Positions 30,554 to 39,866 of a stretch of DNA of 64,000 nucleotides are shown here, piece by piece (position 1 is the stretch's first letter; each line of letters begins with the position of its first letter). Under the pieces are notes generated by a model. That model was given only the letters and a program-made list of their open reading frames with translations, was not told the DNA's origin and did not search any database. Where the stretch lies: the NCBI GenBank assembly GCA_036804285.1, contig DAIRSS010000001.1:44615-108614 (forward strand), written 5' to 3'. The stretch comes from Ilumatobacteraceae bacterium (GTDB lineage: Bacteria; Actinomycetota; Acidimicrobiia; Acidimicrobiales; Ilumatobacteraceae). The translations under genes and the position numbers were made by a program.

Positions 30554-31378
30554 TCAGAGTGACGTGGTGGTGAGGTCGTCTCCAAGGACGATCTCACCAC
30601 TGAAATGGCGCGCCGCGATGGCGCGCCATTCGTCTTCCTGTCCCGGCTGAATCGATGGCACGTAGTGCGTGAGGATCAACTTCGACACGCCTGCTCGCTG
30701 CGCCGTCTGCGCCGCCTGTTCGACGGTGGAGTGGTAGTCGAGGATGTCGAGGAAGCGCTTGTTCGGGATGAGCTTCACGAGGTCGTCGCGTAGCACCGTC
30801 TGCACGTACGCGGTCGCGCCGCGACAGAGGTCGTCCAACGTCGCACACGGAATGCCGTCTCCGCCGAGCACCACGCTCACCGAGTCGTCCTCGAGGCGAT
30901 ATGCAACGGTCGGCTCGACGGGGCGGTGGTGTGTTTCGGCGACCTTCACCTGGACGGGACCGATCGAGAACTGATCACCAGGAGCAACCTCGATCACCTC
31001 GACTTGTGGCTTCCACGTGAGGGTGTCTTGATGATGTGCGAGTCGGTAACTGATGTCGGGCGCGAGTGCGGCGAGTGTCGCCTGCACCACTTCGTTGGTG
31101 CGCGGAGGGCCATAGATCGTGAGCGTCGTCGGCTGTTGGCTCATCACCCAGTGCGTCGTGATCACGTCGTTCAGATCGGTGAGATGATCGCTGTGGAGGT
31201 GCGTGATCAGCACCGCATTCAACATCACGGGCAGGGTGCCTGCACCGGCGAGTCGCATGACGACTGCGCGACCGGCATCGACGAGGATCTGGTGACCGCT
31301 CGTGCGCACGAGCGTCGCTGGTCCGCCGCGCCGCGGGTCGGGGAGCGGACTTCCGGTACCGAGCAGGGTGATGTCCAT
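30554..31378 (-). CDS. MBL-fold metallo-hydrolase (RNase Z/ElaC-like)
   Basis: ITHLHSDHLTDL (HxHxDH) and the N-terminal LGTGSPLPDP. Confidence 0.8.
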   Translation of the reverse strand: MDITLLGTGSPLPDPRRGGPATLVRTSGHQILVDAGRAVVMRLAGAGTLPVMLNAVLITHLHSDHLTDLNDVITTHWVMSQQPTTLTIYGPPRTNEVVQATLAALAPDISYRLAHHQDTLTWKPQVEVIEVAPGDQFSIGPVQVKVAETHHRPVEPTVAYRLEDDSVSVVLGGDGIPCATLDDLCRGATAYVQTVLRDDLVKLIPNKRFLDILDYHSTVEQAAQTAQRAGVSKLILTHYVPSIQPGQEDEWRAIAARHFSGEIVLGDDLTTTSL

Positions 31379-31381
31379 GGG

Positions 31382-32299
31382 TCAGCTCCTTGGTGTTGCG
31401 GCGATGAAGTCGGCGATGATCGTGGCGACTTCGACACCCTTGTCTTCCTGGATGAAGTGCCCACCGCCTTCGACCTTCGTGTGAGGTTGTCCGGATGCTC
31501 CAGGGATGAGGCGCGTGAAGATGGCATCGCCACCCTTGGTCACGGGATCACGATCACCGAAACAACAGAGGACCGGACGCTCGAACTTGCGCAGCACGTC
31601 CCACGCGTTCAGGTTGTCGCGGTGTGCGGGGTCGGAGGTCGACGTCGGGACGAGTGACGGGAAGATGCGCGCACCGGCCTTGTAGGAGTCGTCGGGGAAC
31701 GGTGCGTCGTACGCCGCGATGACGTCGTCGGGGAGAGTGGTTGCCGATCCACCGTTGACGATCGTGCCGATCGGGAACTGCGGGGATTCTTGGGAGAACT
31801 TCTGCCACGCCATGAATGCCTCCGAGAGCGGCTGCTCGCCGGTCGGGAGACCGGTGTTGCTGAGCACGAGGCGAGCGAATCGCTCCGGTGCGCTCGCCAC
31901 GAGGCGGAGTCCGACGAGACCGCCCCAGTCCTGTCCGAAGAACGTGGCATGGCGAATCGAGAGGTGGTCGAAGAGCAACTCGGCCATCCAACTGACGTGA
32001 CGCGCGTAGGTGTAGTCACTCTTCTCGGTCGGCTTGTCACTCTTCCCGAACCCGACGAGGTCCGGGGCGATCACTCGATGGCCGGCCGCGACGAGCACCG
32101 GGATCATCTTGCGGTAGAGATAACTCCACGAGGGTTCGCCGTGCATGAGGAGCACGGGGTCTGCATCCCGTGGGCCTTCGTCGATGTAGTGCACACGTAG
32201 CGGTCCAGTGATGGACTCGCCGACGACGTGATAGTTGGGTGCAAAGGGGAAGTCGGTCAAGCCTTCGAACCGTTCCTCTGGCGTGCGGAGTGCTTTCAT
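31382..32299 (-). CDS. haloalkane dehalogenase, DhlA-like (HLD-I)
   Basis: From MKALRTPEERF onward: HGEPSWSYLYRKMIPVLVAAGHRVIAPDLVGFGKSDKP, nucleophile GQDWGG and C-terminal GGHFIQED. This resembles the Xanthobacter DhlA sequence as I recall it. The upstream part of the 436-aa track ORF is Arg-rich noise overlapping the TetR gene. Confidence 0.9.
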   Translation of the reverse strand: MKALRTPEERFEGLTDFPFAPNYHVVGESITGPLRVHYIDEGPRDADPVLLMHGEPSWSYLYRKMIPVLVAAGHRVIAPDLVGFGKSDKPTEKSDYTYARHVSWMAELLFDHLSIRHATFFGQDWGGLVGLRLVASAPERFARLVLSNTGLPTGEQPLSEAFMAWQKFSQESPQFPIGTIVNGGSATTLPDDVIAAYDAPFPDDSYKAGARIFPSLVPTSTSDPAHRDNLNAWDVLRKFERPVLCCFGDRDPVTKGGDAIFTRLIPGASGQPHTKVEGGGHFIQEDKGVEVATIIADFIAATPRS

Positions 32300-32898
32300 G
32301 ACAACACCTTTCGTATTCCTGTGGTGAGCGTGGTGGTGATCGATGCGATCGTCATGTCGTAATCGCTGCGCATGATCGAAAACGATTCGAAGTTGCAGAG
32401 CGAGTCGATGATCGTGGCGGCGTGAGACCGTTCCGCTGAGGGAAGTGCAGCAATCTCGTCTGCGAAGTGATCGGCAATCTGGCGACGCAGGAGGACGCGT
32501 GCACGGCGCAATTCCTTGGCGATCACGGCGTTGCGATGCGCGAACACCCGTGAGGCGCGTCCGATGCTGCCGATCGAGGTGAACAGTCGGACCCGCTGCT
32601 CGACGAAGTGTGCGATCTTGTCCTCGGTCGAGCCTTTGCTGAACGAGTCGATCGTGGCGTGCTTCCTCTCGCGTTCGAATTGCACTGCACACACCGTGCG
32701 ATACAGGTCGTCCAGGTCGTCGAAGTAGCGGAAGATCGATCGCTCCGACAATTTCGCGCGCTCGGCGATCGCAGCGGCCGAGACTTCGATGTGGCCTTCG
32801 CGGAGCAATGCAAGCAACGCATCCACGATCTCTGCCCGGTTGCGCTCGCGGCGCAGCACGCGGCCGTCGGTTGAGGCGTCGACTGCGGAGAGACTCAT
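32296..32898 (-). CDS. TetR family transcriptional regulator
   Basis: N-terminal HTH: RNRAEIVDALLALLREGHIEVSAAAIAERAKLSERSIFRYF. There is a 4-nt overlap with the dehalogenase start. Confidence 0.85.
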   Translation of the reverse strand: MSLSAVDASTDGRVLRRERNRAEIVDALLALLREGHIEVSAAAIAERAKLSERSIFRYFDDLDDLYRTVCAVQFERERKHATIDSFSKGSTEDKIAHFVEQRVRLFTSIGSIGRASRVFAHRNAVIAKELRRARVLLRRQIADHFADEIAALPSAERSHAATIIDSLCNFESFSIMRSDYDMTIASITTTLTTGIRKVLS

Positions 32899-33608
32899 TG
32901 GGTGATCGAATCGAGCGTCGCGTGCAAGGTCATCGCGTAACTCTCACCCGCATTCAGACCGGGGATCGCCGACACGGTTGCGTCCGCGGCTTCATCGCTG
33001 TCGACGAGGACGAACTGCACCGTGTCCCACTTGCGACCATCACCGATGATCGTGCCCTCGGCGGTCAGCCCCGTCGAACCGGGCATGGTCGAAAACGCAG
33101 CTGATCGATCGTCGGTCTGACGAACGACCATCACGACGCGGCGAGTCTTCACCTCGGTGGGTCGGGGACGATCGTCGAGAGCGGGGTCGAGTGGGCGACA
33201 GCACACGATCGTGGTGCGCTGCATGCCGGCCGCCTTGTGTTCGTGTTTGTCGGCGAAGTCCTTACGTTCTTGCATCTCGATGAACGACTTGCGGGTCGCG
33301 TATCGCACGATGGCGATGCGGTCCCAGTCCTCGTCTCCGACGTGGTTCTTCACGACGTCTGCGACGAAGACGATGCTCGCGCCGATCTTGTTCAAGATCG
33401 ATGCGGGGTTGTAACGATCATCTGCTTCGCGACCGCTGATCTGGGGTGCGTTGTCCGAGTCGTATTGGGCGACTTCGTGATACTTCATGAGGTTGACCAT
33501 GTAGATCGGTCCGTCCTCTTCGGGGGGCCGAGTCGCGAGGTGGATCGCGTAGTCGTAGTCGATGCGACCGTACTTGTGCTTGAGCTTGGACTTTTCGCCG
33601 TCGGCCAT
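32895..33608 (-). CDS. hypothetical protein, possibly a DUF1330-like / dimeric alpha-beta-barrel fold
   Basis: PIYMVNLMKYHE and WDRIAIVRYATRKSFIEMQ resemble DUF1330-type repeats. The family call is weak. I chose the ATG at 33608 over the TTG at 33632. Confidence 0.45.
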   Translation of the reverse strand: MADGEKSKLKHKYGRIDYDYAIHLATRPPEEDGPIYMVNLMKYHEVAQYDSDNAPQISGREADDRYNPASILNKIGASIVFVADVVKNHVGDEDWDRIAIVRYATRKSFIEMQERKDFADKHEHKAAGMQRTTIVCCRPLDPALDDRPRPTEVKTRRVVMVVRQTDDRSAAFSTMPGSTGLTAEGTIIGDGRKWDTVQFVLVDSDEAADATVSAIPGLNAGESYAMTLHATLDSITQ

Positions 33609-33636
33609 GACATCCCCCAATGCGTGAACCAATGTT

Positions 33637-33665
33637 TTGACAGAGTGTATGACAATACCTAGAGT
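33637..33665 (+). promoter_or_regulatory. candidate sigma-70-type promoter for the sulfatase gene
   Basis: TTGACA, 17 nt, TAGAGT, ending 20 nt upstream of the ATG at 33686. Confidence 0.35.
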
Positions 33666-33685
33666 CTGTGCAAGGGGGCAGGGGT

Positions 33686-35944
33686 ATGAGTCAGTACGAA
33701 CCGTCGTTTTCGGGCGTCATCGCCGATACGTATCAAGAGTCGACGCCGGCATGGCCGCCGCTACCGGAAGGTCTGAACGGGGCGAACGTCATCACGATCG
33801 TGTTCGACGACATGGGGTTCGCACACCCGAGTTGCTTCGGCAGTGGAATCCCGACGCCGAACATCGACCGACTTGCCGGTTCCGGACTTCGTTACACGGG
33901 TTTCCACACCACGGCGTTGTGTTCACCATCGCGCGCGTCGTTGCTCACCGGACGCAACCACCACTCGGTCGGCATGCGCGGTGTGTCGAACTGGAACACC
34001 GGATTTCCGAACATGCGTGGTGGCATCACGCCGGCCGCGGCGACGATGGCAGAGGTATTGCGTGAGCGCGGATACGCGACGCTGTGTGCTGGCAAGTGGC
34101 ACCTCGCTCCGATGGAGGAGTGCACGGCTGCTGGTCCGCACACCAACTGGCCGCTGCAGAAGGGCTTCGATCGTTTCTACGGCTTCTTGAACGGTGAGAC
34201 CGACCAGTTCTATCCAGAGCTCACGCGCGACAACCAACACATCCTTCCGCCACGGTCACCCGAAGAGGGTTATCACCTGACCGAGGACCTCATCGATCAA
34301 TCGACGACGTGGATACGCGACTTGCGTTCCGTGCGACCCGATCGACCGTTCTTCTTGTATCTCGCCTTCGGTGCGCAGCACGCCCCGCACCACGCTCCCG
34401 ATTCCTATCTCGCCAAGTGGCGTGGCGCATTCGACGAGGGCTGGGACGTCCATCGCGAACGAGTCTTTGCGCGACAGAAAGAGATGGGCATCATCCCGAA
34501 CGACACCACGCTTGCGATGCGCAACCCGGGTGTGCGACCGTGGGACGAGCTCACCGCGAACGAAAAACTCTTCGCCTGCAGATTGCAGGAAGCCTTTGCC
34601 GCGATGCTCGACCACACCGATGCACAGATCGGTCGACTGCTCGCATTCCTCGACGAGATGCAGATCCGCGACAACACGATGATCGTGTTGCTCTCCGACA
34701 ACGGCGCGAGTCGCGAGGGCGGACCGCAGGGCGTGATGGACGAGTGGAGCTTCTTCAACGCCGAGTGGGAGGACGTCGACGAGATCGTCGCCAACCGACT
34801 CGACGACATCGGCACGAAGAACGCGCACTCCAACTATCCGTGGGGCTGGTCGCAGGTGGGGAACACGCCGTGTCGTTGGTACAAGTCGCAGACCTACGGC
34901 GGTGGCATCCGAGACTCACTCGTGATCTCGTGGCCGAAGGGAATCGCTGACCCTGGCTCAATCCGACCGCAGTTCTGCCACATCTCCGACATCGCCCCCA
35001 CCGTCTACGACGCACTTGGCGTCACGCCGCCGGGAGTCGTGAACGGGCACGAACAGATGCCGATGCATGGCGAGAGCCTCGCGTACACCTTCGGTGGACC
35101 GACATCGAAGCGTCGATCGTCTCCGCAGTACTTCGAGATGATGGGGCATCGTGCGATCTGGTCCGAGGGTTGGAAGGCCGTCACGTTCCACGACCAGGGA
35201 ACGCCGTATGACGCCGACACGTGGGCGTTGTTCAATCTCGACGACGACTTCTCCGAGATGCACGACCTGTCGAGTCGCGAGCCGGAACGGCTGGCGGCGA
35301 TGGTCGAGCTGTGGTGGGACCAGGCGCGTCGCTACGGCGTCCTTCCACTCGACGATCGTGGAATCGAGATCTTCGGATCGAAGTCGCGTCCGGGTTCACC
35401 GCACTACGGCTCGACCTATACCTATTACCCACCGGTGGCGCACATCCCATCCGATGCCTGTCCGATGCTGAGTGGTCGCGCGTGGACGATCACCGCCGAC
35501 GTCGACGTTCCGACGGGAACTCTCGAGGGTGTGATCTATGCGCGCGGTGGACACAACATCGGACACTCGATGTTCGTGCGCAACGGTGAGTTCCACTTCT
35601 ATTACAACGCGCTCGGCAAACACCAGCGGGTCGCTGCTCCGATTTCGCTCAGCCCAGGTCGTCACCAACTCGGCGCGCGGTTCGATCGCGAGGGCAACAC
35701 TGGAACCCTGACGCTCGTCGTCGACGGCAAGGACCTCGCCAACGTGCACATTCCCAAGATCATGCGGATCCTCGGCTCGATGGGCATGGACCTTGGTTCC
35801 GATCGTCTGTCGCCCGTCTGCCCCGATTACGTCGCACCGTTCCCGTTCACCGGAACGCTCGACAAGGTCGTCTTCGAAATTCGCAGCAAGCCGACCCGCA
35901 CCGACGAGCTCGCACAGATGCGTGCAGAGGCGGCGCGGGAGTGA
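33686..35944 (+). CDS. arylsulfatase (Cys-type formylglycine sulfatase)
   Basis: ITIVFDDMGF and CSPSRASLLTGRNHH (CxPxR motif), plus LSDNGAS. The length is similar to actinobacterial AtsA-type enzymes. Confidence 0.9.
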   Translation: MSQYEPSFSGVIADTYQESTPAWPPLPEGLNGANVITIVFDDMGFAHPSCFGSGIPTPNIDRLAGSGLRYTGFHTTALCSPSRASLLTGRNHHSVGMRGVSNWNTGFPNMRGGITPAAATMAEVLRERGYATLCAGKWHLAPMEECTAAGPHTNWPLQKGFDRFYGFLNGETDQFYPELTRDNQHILPPRSPEEGYHLTEDLIDQSTTWIRDLRSVRPDRPFFLYLAFGAQHAPHHAPDSYLAKWRGAFDEGWDVHRERVFARQKEMGIIPNDTTLAMRNPGVRPWDELTANEKLFACRLQEAFAAMLDHTDAQIGRLLAFLDEMQIRDNTMIVLLSDNGASREGGPQGVMDEWSFFNAEWEDVDEIVANRLDDIGTKNAHSNYPWGWSQVGNTPCRWYKSQTYGGGIRDSLVISWPKGIADPGSIRPQFCHISDIAPTVYDALGVTPPGVVNGHEQMPMHGESLAYTFGGPTSKRRSSPQYFEMMGHRAIWSEGWKAVTFHDQGTPYDADTWALFNLDDDFSEMHDLSSREPERLAAMVELWWDQARRYGVLPLDDRGIEIFGSKSRPGSPHYGSTYTYYPPVAHIPSDACPMLSGRAWTITADVDVPTGTLEGVIYARGGHNIGHSMFVRNGEFHFYYNALGKHQRVAAPISLSPGRHQLGARFDREGNTGTLTLVVDGKDLANVHIPKIMRILGSMGMDLGSDRLSPVCPDYVAPFPFTGTLDKVVFEIRSKPTRTDELAQMRAEAARE

Positions 35945-35995
35945 GGAACACGAACGAGCGTGACAGACTGACCGTCACGTTGATGGGGGACACAC

Positions 35996-36562
35996 ATGAG
36001 TGAGCTGATCGTCGATTCCTTGCGTCGCAGGATGCGGGCCGTGTTCTCGCTCTATGAGGACGCAACGCAGACGATGTCCCTCGAGCACGTCAATCACTTC
36101 GAGCGTGAAGGCGTCCTCCCGATCGCCTTCAGCCTGTTCCACATCGTCAACATGATCGATTCGTCGTTCATGTTGATCACGGGCGAGATGCCGACGTGGA
36201 ACGACGAATGGAAGGAACGTGTGCAGATGTCGATTCCCGACCACGGCAAGCACAAGACCGTGGGCGAGATGATCGACCAGCGCATCGGCGACTACGAGGC
36301 GTTCAAGGAGTACATGACGATCGTGTTCTCACGCGTGGAGAACTGGCTCGCCTCGATCGATCACCAAGACCTGGAACGCGTCGTGATCGCGCGACCATTC
36401 CCGCCGCAGATCGCGAGCACGTTCAGCGCCCGCGTCGCGGGAGACGAGGGGATCAAGGTGTTGGATGCAGTCGAGTGCTGGATCTACCAGCACGCACTGC
36501 GGCACATGGGTGAGATCGAGCACGCGCGAGGCCTCGTCGGCCTGCACGGCATGACGTCCTAG
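35996..36562 (+). CDS. DinB-like four-helix-bundle protein
   Basis: 188 aa with His-containing helices (FHIVNMID, YQHALRHMGEIEH) suggestive of DinB_2. The family call is moderate. Confidence 0.55.
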   Translation: MSELIVDSLRRRMRAVFSLYEDATQTMSLEHVNHFEREGVLPIAFSLFHIVNMIDSSFMLITGEMPTWNDEWKERVQMSIPDHGKHKTVGEMIDQRIGDYEAFKEYMTIVFSRVENWLASIDHQDLERVVIARPFPPQIASTFSARVAGDEGIKVLDAVECWIYQHALRHMGEIEHARGLVGLHGMTS

Positions 36563-38289
36563 CGACGCGGTCCGCGAATGAGCTTGCCGGGGAGTTCCCC
36601 GGTGAAGGCATCGTCGGCGACGGTCTGCACTCCGGAGACGAACGTCGCCACGTAGCCGTGTGCGGTTTGCACCAGTCGGCGTCCTGACGCGGGCAGGTCG
36701 TAGGCCATCTGTGGCATGTCGAACCCGAGCGAGTCGAAGTCGATCACGTTGATGTCGGCCTTCATTCCCGGGGCGATGAGACCGCGGTCGCGCAAGCCGT
36801 GGAGCTCGGCAGTGTTGCGGGTCTGGCGGTGCACGACGTGTTCGAGGCTGAGCTTCGGTCCACGCACGCGATCGCGTGCCCAGTGGGTGAGCATGAAGGT
36901 CGGCATGCCACCATCGCAGATCGCTCCACAGTGGGCGCCGGCGTCGCTGAGCCCGTTGCGGGTCTGCGGGTGTTGCATCAACTCGTACGTCATCGAGAGA
37001 TCGCCGTACATGTAGTTGAAGAACGGCGAGTAGATCATCCCCTTGCCACCGTTCGACAACATGTGGTCCACGATCAACTGCATCGCGGGGACGTTGCGCG
37101 ACTGGGAGAGTGCGAGCACGCTCTCTGACGGATCCGGCTCGTAGTCGATGTTTGCGCTCGTGACGAGGTACATGCGCTTGAGCGCCTTGGTGACGAGACC
37201 CTCGTAGAACTTGTCGGTCGGCACTTCGTCGACGAAGCGCTGGCGCCGCACGGGATCGGAGAGCGCAGTGACACGTTCTGCGAACGGAAGGTGCGCGACC
37301 TCGTGATACGCGGGATGTGCGAGCAGGGGATGGACGCTTCCCTCGAGGCACATGATGATGCCGATCGAGCGCCCGGCGATCTGGGCGACGATGTTCTCGC
37401 CTGCCTTGTGCGCCTGGTCGAGCAGTGCAAACGTCTTGCGCCACACTTCGCTGCCATCGTCGAGTTGGTTGAGGTTCACGCTCACGGTTGCACCCGAGCG
37501 ACGGGCGAGTTCCTGCATCCAGGGCCACTCCTCGACGGGCACTCGAGTGTGCTCGGGGCTGAACTGGAAGATGCCGTGACCGACTCGACGCATCGCATCG
37601 GCGATGCCGTAGAGCTCATCGGGTTCAGCGTGTGTGCCAGGGACGAGTTCGCCGCTCTTGCTGCGATGGAGCGACGTGCGCGAGGTCGAGAACCCGAGCG
37701 CTCCGGCGCGCAGTGCCTCTTCCGTGAGTTTGCTCATCGTGACGATGTCGTCGGGCGTCGCAACTTCGTTTGATGCACCGCGGTCGCCCATCACGAAGGC
37801 GCGGAGCGCACCGTGGGCGATCTGCGTCCCGAAGTCGATGACGTGTGATCGTCGCTCGAGTGCATCCAGATACTCGGGGAACGACGTCCACTCCCAGGTG
37901 ATGCCCTCGACCATCGCCGAGCCGGGGATGTCCTCGACACCCTCCATCAACTCGATCAGCCATTCGTGGCGGTCGGGAAGTGCGGGTGCGAAGCCGACGC
38001 CGCAGTTGCCCATCACGACCGTGGTGACGCCGTGCCAACTGCTCGGCGTGAGCCACGGATCCCACGTGGCCTGGGCGTCATAGTGCGTGTGCACGTCGAC
38101 CCAACCCGGAGTGACGAGGCGTCCCTCGGCGTCGATGACACGTGATGCGTGCGCAGTCGAGACCGAGCCTGGTTCGCCGACGTGGGTGATCGTGTCGCCC
38201 TCGAAGGCGATGTCGGCTGAGCGCGCAGGTGCGCCGGAGCCATCGACGAGCGAGGCGTTGGTGATGACGGTCGTTCGTGCATCAGCCAT
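36559..38289 (-). CDS. N-acyl-D-amino-acid deacylase (D-aminoacylase) family amidohydrolase
   Basis: TPGWVDVHTHYD metal-binding start and GVTTVVMGNCG. 576 aa. Confidence 0.85.
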   Translation of the reverse strand: MADARTTVITNASLVDGSGAPARSADIAFEGDTITHVGEPGSVSTAHASRVIDAEGRLVTPGWVDVHTHYDAQATWDPWLTPSSWHGVTTVVMGNCGVGFAPALPDRHEWLIELMEGVEDIPGSAMVEGITWEWTSFPEYLDALERRSHVIDFGTQIAHGALRAFVMGDRGASNEVATPDDIVTMSKLTEEALRAGALGFSTSRTSLHRSKSGELVPGTHAEPDELYGIADAMRRVGHGIFQFSPEHTRVPVEEWPWMQELARRSGATVSVNLNQLDDGSEVWRKTFALLDQAHKAGENIVAQIAGRSIGIIMCLEGSVHPLLAHPAYHEVAHLPFAERVTALSDPVRRQRFVDEVPTDKFYEGLVTKALKRMYLVTSANIDYEPDPSESVLALSQSRNVPAMQLIVDHMLSNGGKGMIYSPFFNYMYGDLSMTYELMQHPQTRNGLSDAGAHCGAICDGGMPTFMLTHWARDRVRGPKLSLEHVVHRQTRNTAELHGLRDRGLIAPGMKADINVIDFDSLGFDMPQMAYDLPASGRRLVQTAHGYVATFVSGVQTVADDAFTGELPGKLIRGPRR

Positions 38290-38319
38290 GCAAGAAATCT
38301 ACCCCTCGGTGCGAAGTGC

Positions 38320-39171
38320 TCAGACGAAGCGGTGGCGCATGGTGCCGACGCCTTCGAGCGTCGTTTCCACCACGTCGCCGGACTTCAGGTACACCGGCGG
38401 CTTGAACCCGTGTCCGACGCCAGCGGGAGATCCGGTGTAGATGATGTCGCCGGGATACAACTCACAAATCGACGAGAGGTACGACACGATCTGGTCGATC
38501 GAAAAGATCATGTCGGTGATCACGGTGTCCTGACGCTGCTCGCCGTTCACCGTGCAACCGATTCGCAGCGCGTTGCGCTCTTCGACGCCAGCCATGTCGG
38601 CGACCCACGGACCGATCGGTGAGAATCCGGTGCGACTCTTGCCCATGCTGAACTGCGGAGGAGTTCCCGCGTATTGCAGTTTGCGATCGGAGACGTCCTG
38701 GCCGGCGCACAGACCCGCGACGTGATCCCATGCAGCCGACTGACTGATGTCGCGTCCACCCGAGCCGATGACGATGACGACTTCGGATTCGTAGTCGACG
38801 GTGTCGCCGACGATCTGGATCTCTGCGAACGGTGCATTCAGTGAGCTCTGGAACTTCGCGAAGATGAGTGGCTGCGAGGGGATCGGACTGCCCATCTCCT
38901 CGGCGTGACGCTTGTAGTTGAGTCCGACTGCGAACATCTGGCGCGGTCGCGGCACCGGGCAATCGAGTCGCTCGAGGGGAATGCTCGTGGTTGCAACAGA
39001 CGTCTTCGACGCGAGAGCGCGAAGATCATCCCAGCGGGCGAAGCACGCCATCGGATCGGACGGCAACGAGTCGTTGCTCGCGCGCGCGACGTCGATCACG
39101 TCACAGTGCGTGGCCGTGGCGCCGACGACGATGTGGGCGCGCGAATCTACCGAGGCGAGACGAAGCTGCAT
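38320..39171 (-). CDS. fumarylacetoacetate hydrolase (FAH) family protein
   Basis: FAVGLNYKRHAEEMG, DYESEVVIVIG and the GTPAGVG-like GSPAGVGHG. Confidence 0.85.
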   Translation of the reverse strand: MQLRLASVDSRAHIVVGATATHCDVIDVARASNDSLPSDPMACFARWDDLRALASKTSVATTSIPLERLDCPVPRPRQMFAVGLNYKRHAEEMGSPIPSQPLIFAKFQSSLNAPFAEIQIVGDTVDYESEVVIVIGSGGRDISQSAAWDHVAGLCAGQDVSDRKLQYAGTPPQFSMGKSRTGFSPIGPWVADMAGVEERNALRIGCTVNGEQRQDTVITDMIFSIDQIVSYLSSICELYPGDIIYTGSPAGVGHGFKPPVYLKSGDVVETTLEGVGTMRHRFV

Positions 39172-39182
39172 CGTGTCGGGTC

Positions 39183-39785
39183 CTACAGGCGACCGCGAGC
39201 CGCGCGGCGTTGTGCCTCCGCGGCCTGACGTGCGAGGCGATCCTTTTCCTTGCGCTCCGCGCGCAGGCGACGCTTCTCTGCTTGGGCGGCTTCGTCCTTC
39301 GTCGCGGCAGTCGCAGCAACGGCGGCCTTCGCGGTCGAGGCGGGGATGGCGAAGCGTTCGTCACTTGCGACGAGCTTGCGGAATCCGCCGAGCGACACGC
39401 TGTATTGGACGGCCATCAAACGCACGGCATCGAGGGTGAACTCCTCGGCGAGAGGGGTGATGATCATCTGCAGATCTTCGAGGCTCGGGTCATCGGAGCG
39501 GTCGCCGAGCATCTCGATCGCCTTCTCGGTTGCACCTTCGGCGAGCAGGATGCCGACGTCGAGGTGAGCCTTGCGTGATGCCAGTCCGGCGCGAACCTTG
39601 GAGGCCAGCGTTGCCGCATCGTCGAAGGAGCCGGCCGGGAGCGCGAGCACCTTGGCGAGTGGGTCACGCAACTTCTCGCTGACGGCCATCGTCAGGGTGG
39701 CGAGCGACTGGTCGCTCAGCGAGTCGAGCACGGCGGCATAGCGACGTTCAATAAGAATGGTGTCTCGGGAGGTGCTGACGGCCAT
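39183..39785 (-). CDS. hypothetical protein with an Ala/Lys/Arg-rich C-terminal tail
   Basis: 200 aa. A globular N-terminal part is followed by KDEAAQAEKRRLRAERKEKDRLARQAAEAQRRAARGRL. No family recognised. Confidence 0.5.
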   Translation of the reverse strand: MAVSTSRDTILIERRYAAVLDSLSDQSLATLTMAVSEKLRDPLAKVLALPAGSFDDAATLASKVRAGLASRKAHLDVGILLAEGATEKAIEMLGDRSDDPSLEDLQMIITPLAEEFTLDAVRLMAVQYSVSLGGFRKLVASDERFAIPASTAKAAVAATAATKDEAAQAEKRRLRAERKEKDRLARQAAEAQRRAARGRL

Positions 39786-39866
39786 GGTGATCCTTCGTGT
39801 GGCGACGCCTGATTGCGCGGAGGCAATGCTAACGGGCGAGTTCGCTCAGGGCGCAGTGGAATCGCG

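Noticed and set aside
32300-32692. N-terminal extension of the dehalogenase ORF
   Set aside because: It overlaps the TetR gene in another frame and is Arg-rich. The DhlA-like homology starts at the ATG at 32299.
36329-37528. 399-aa minus-strand ORF in an alternative frame of the D-aminoacylase gene
   Set aside because: It is extremely Arg/Pro/Ala-rich and is out of frame with a well-supported amidohydrolase.
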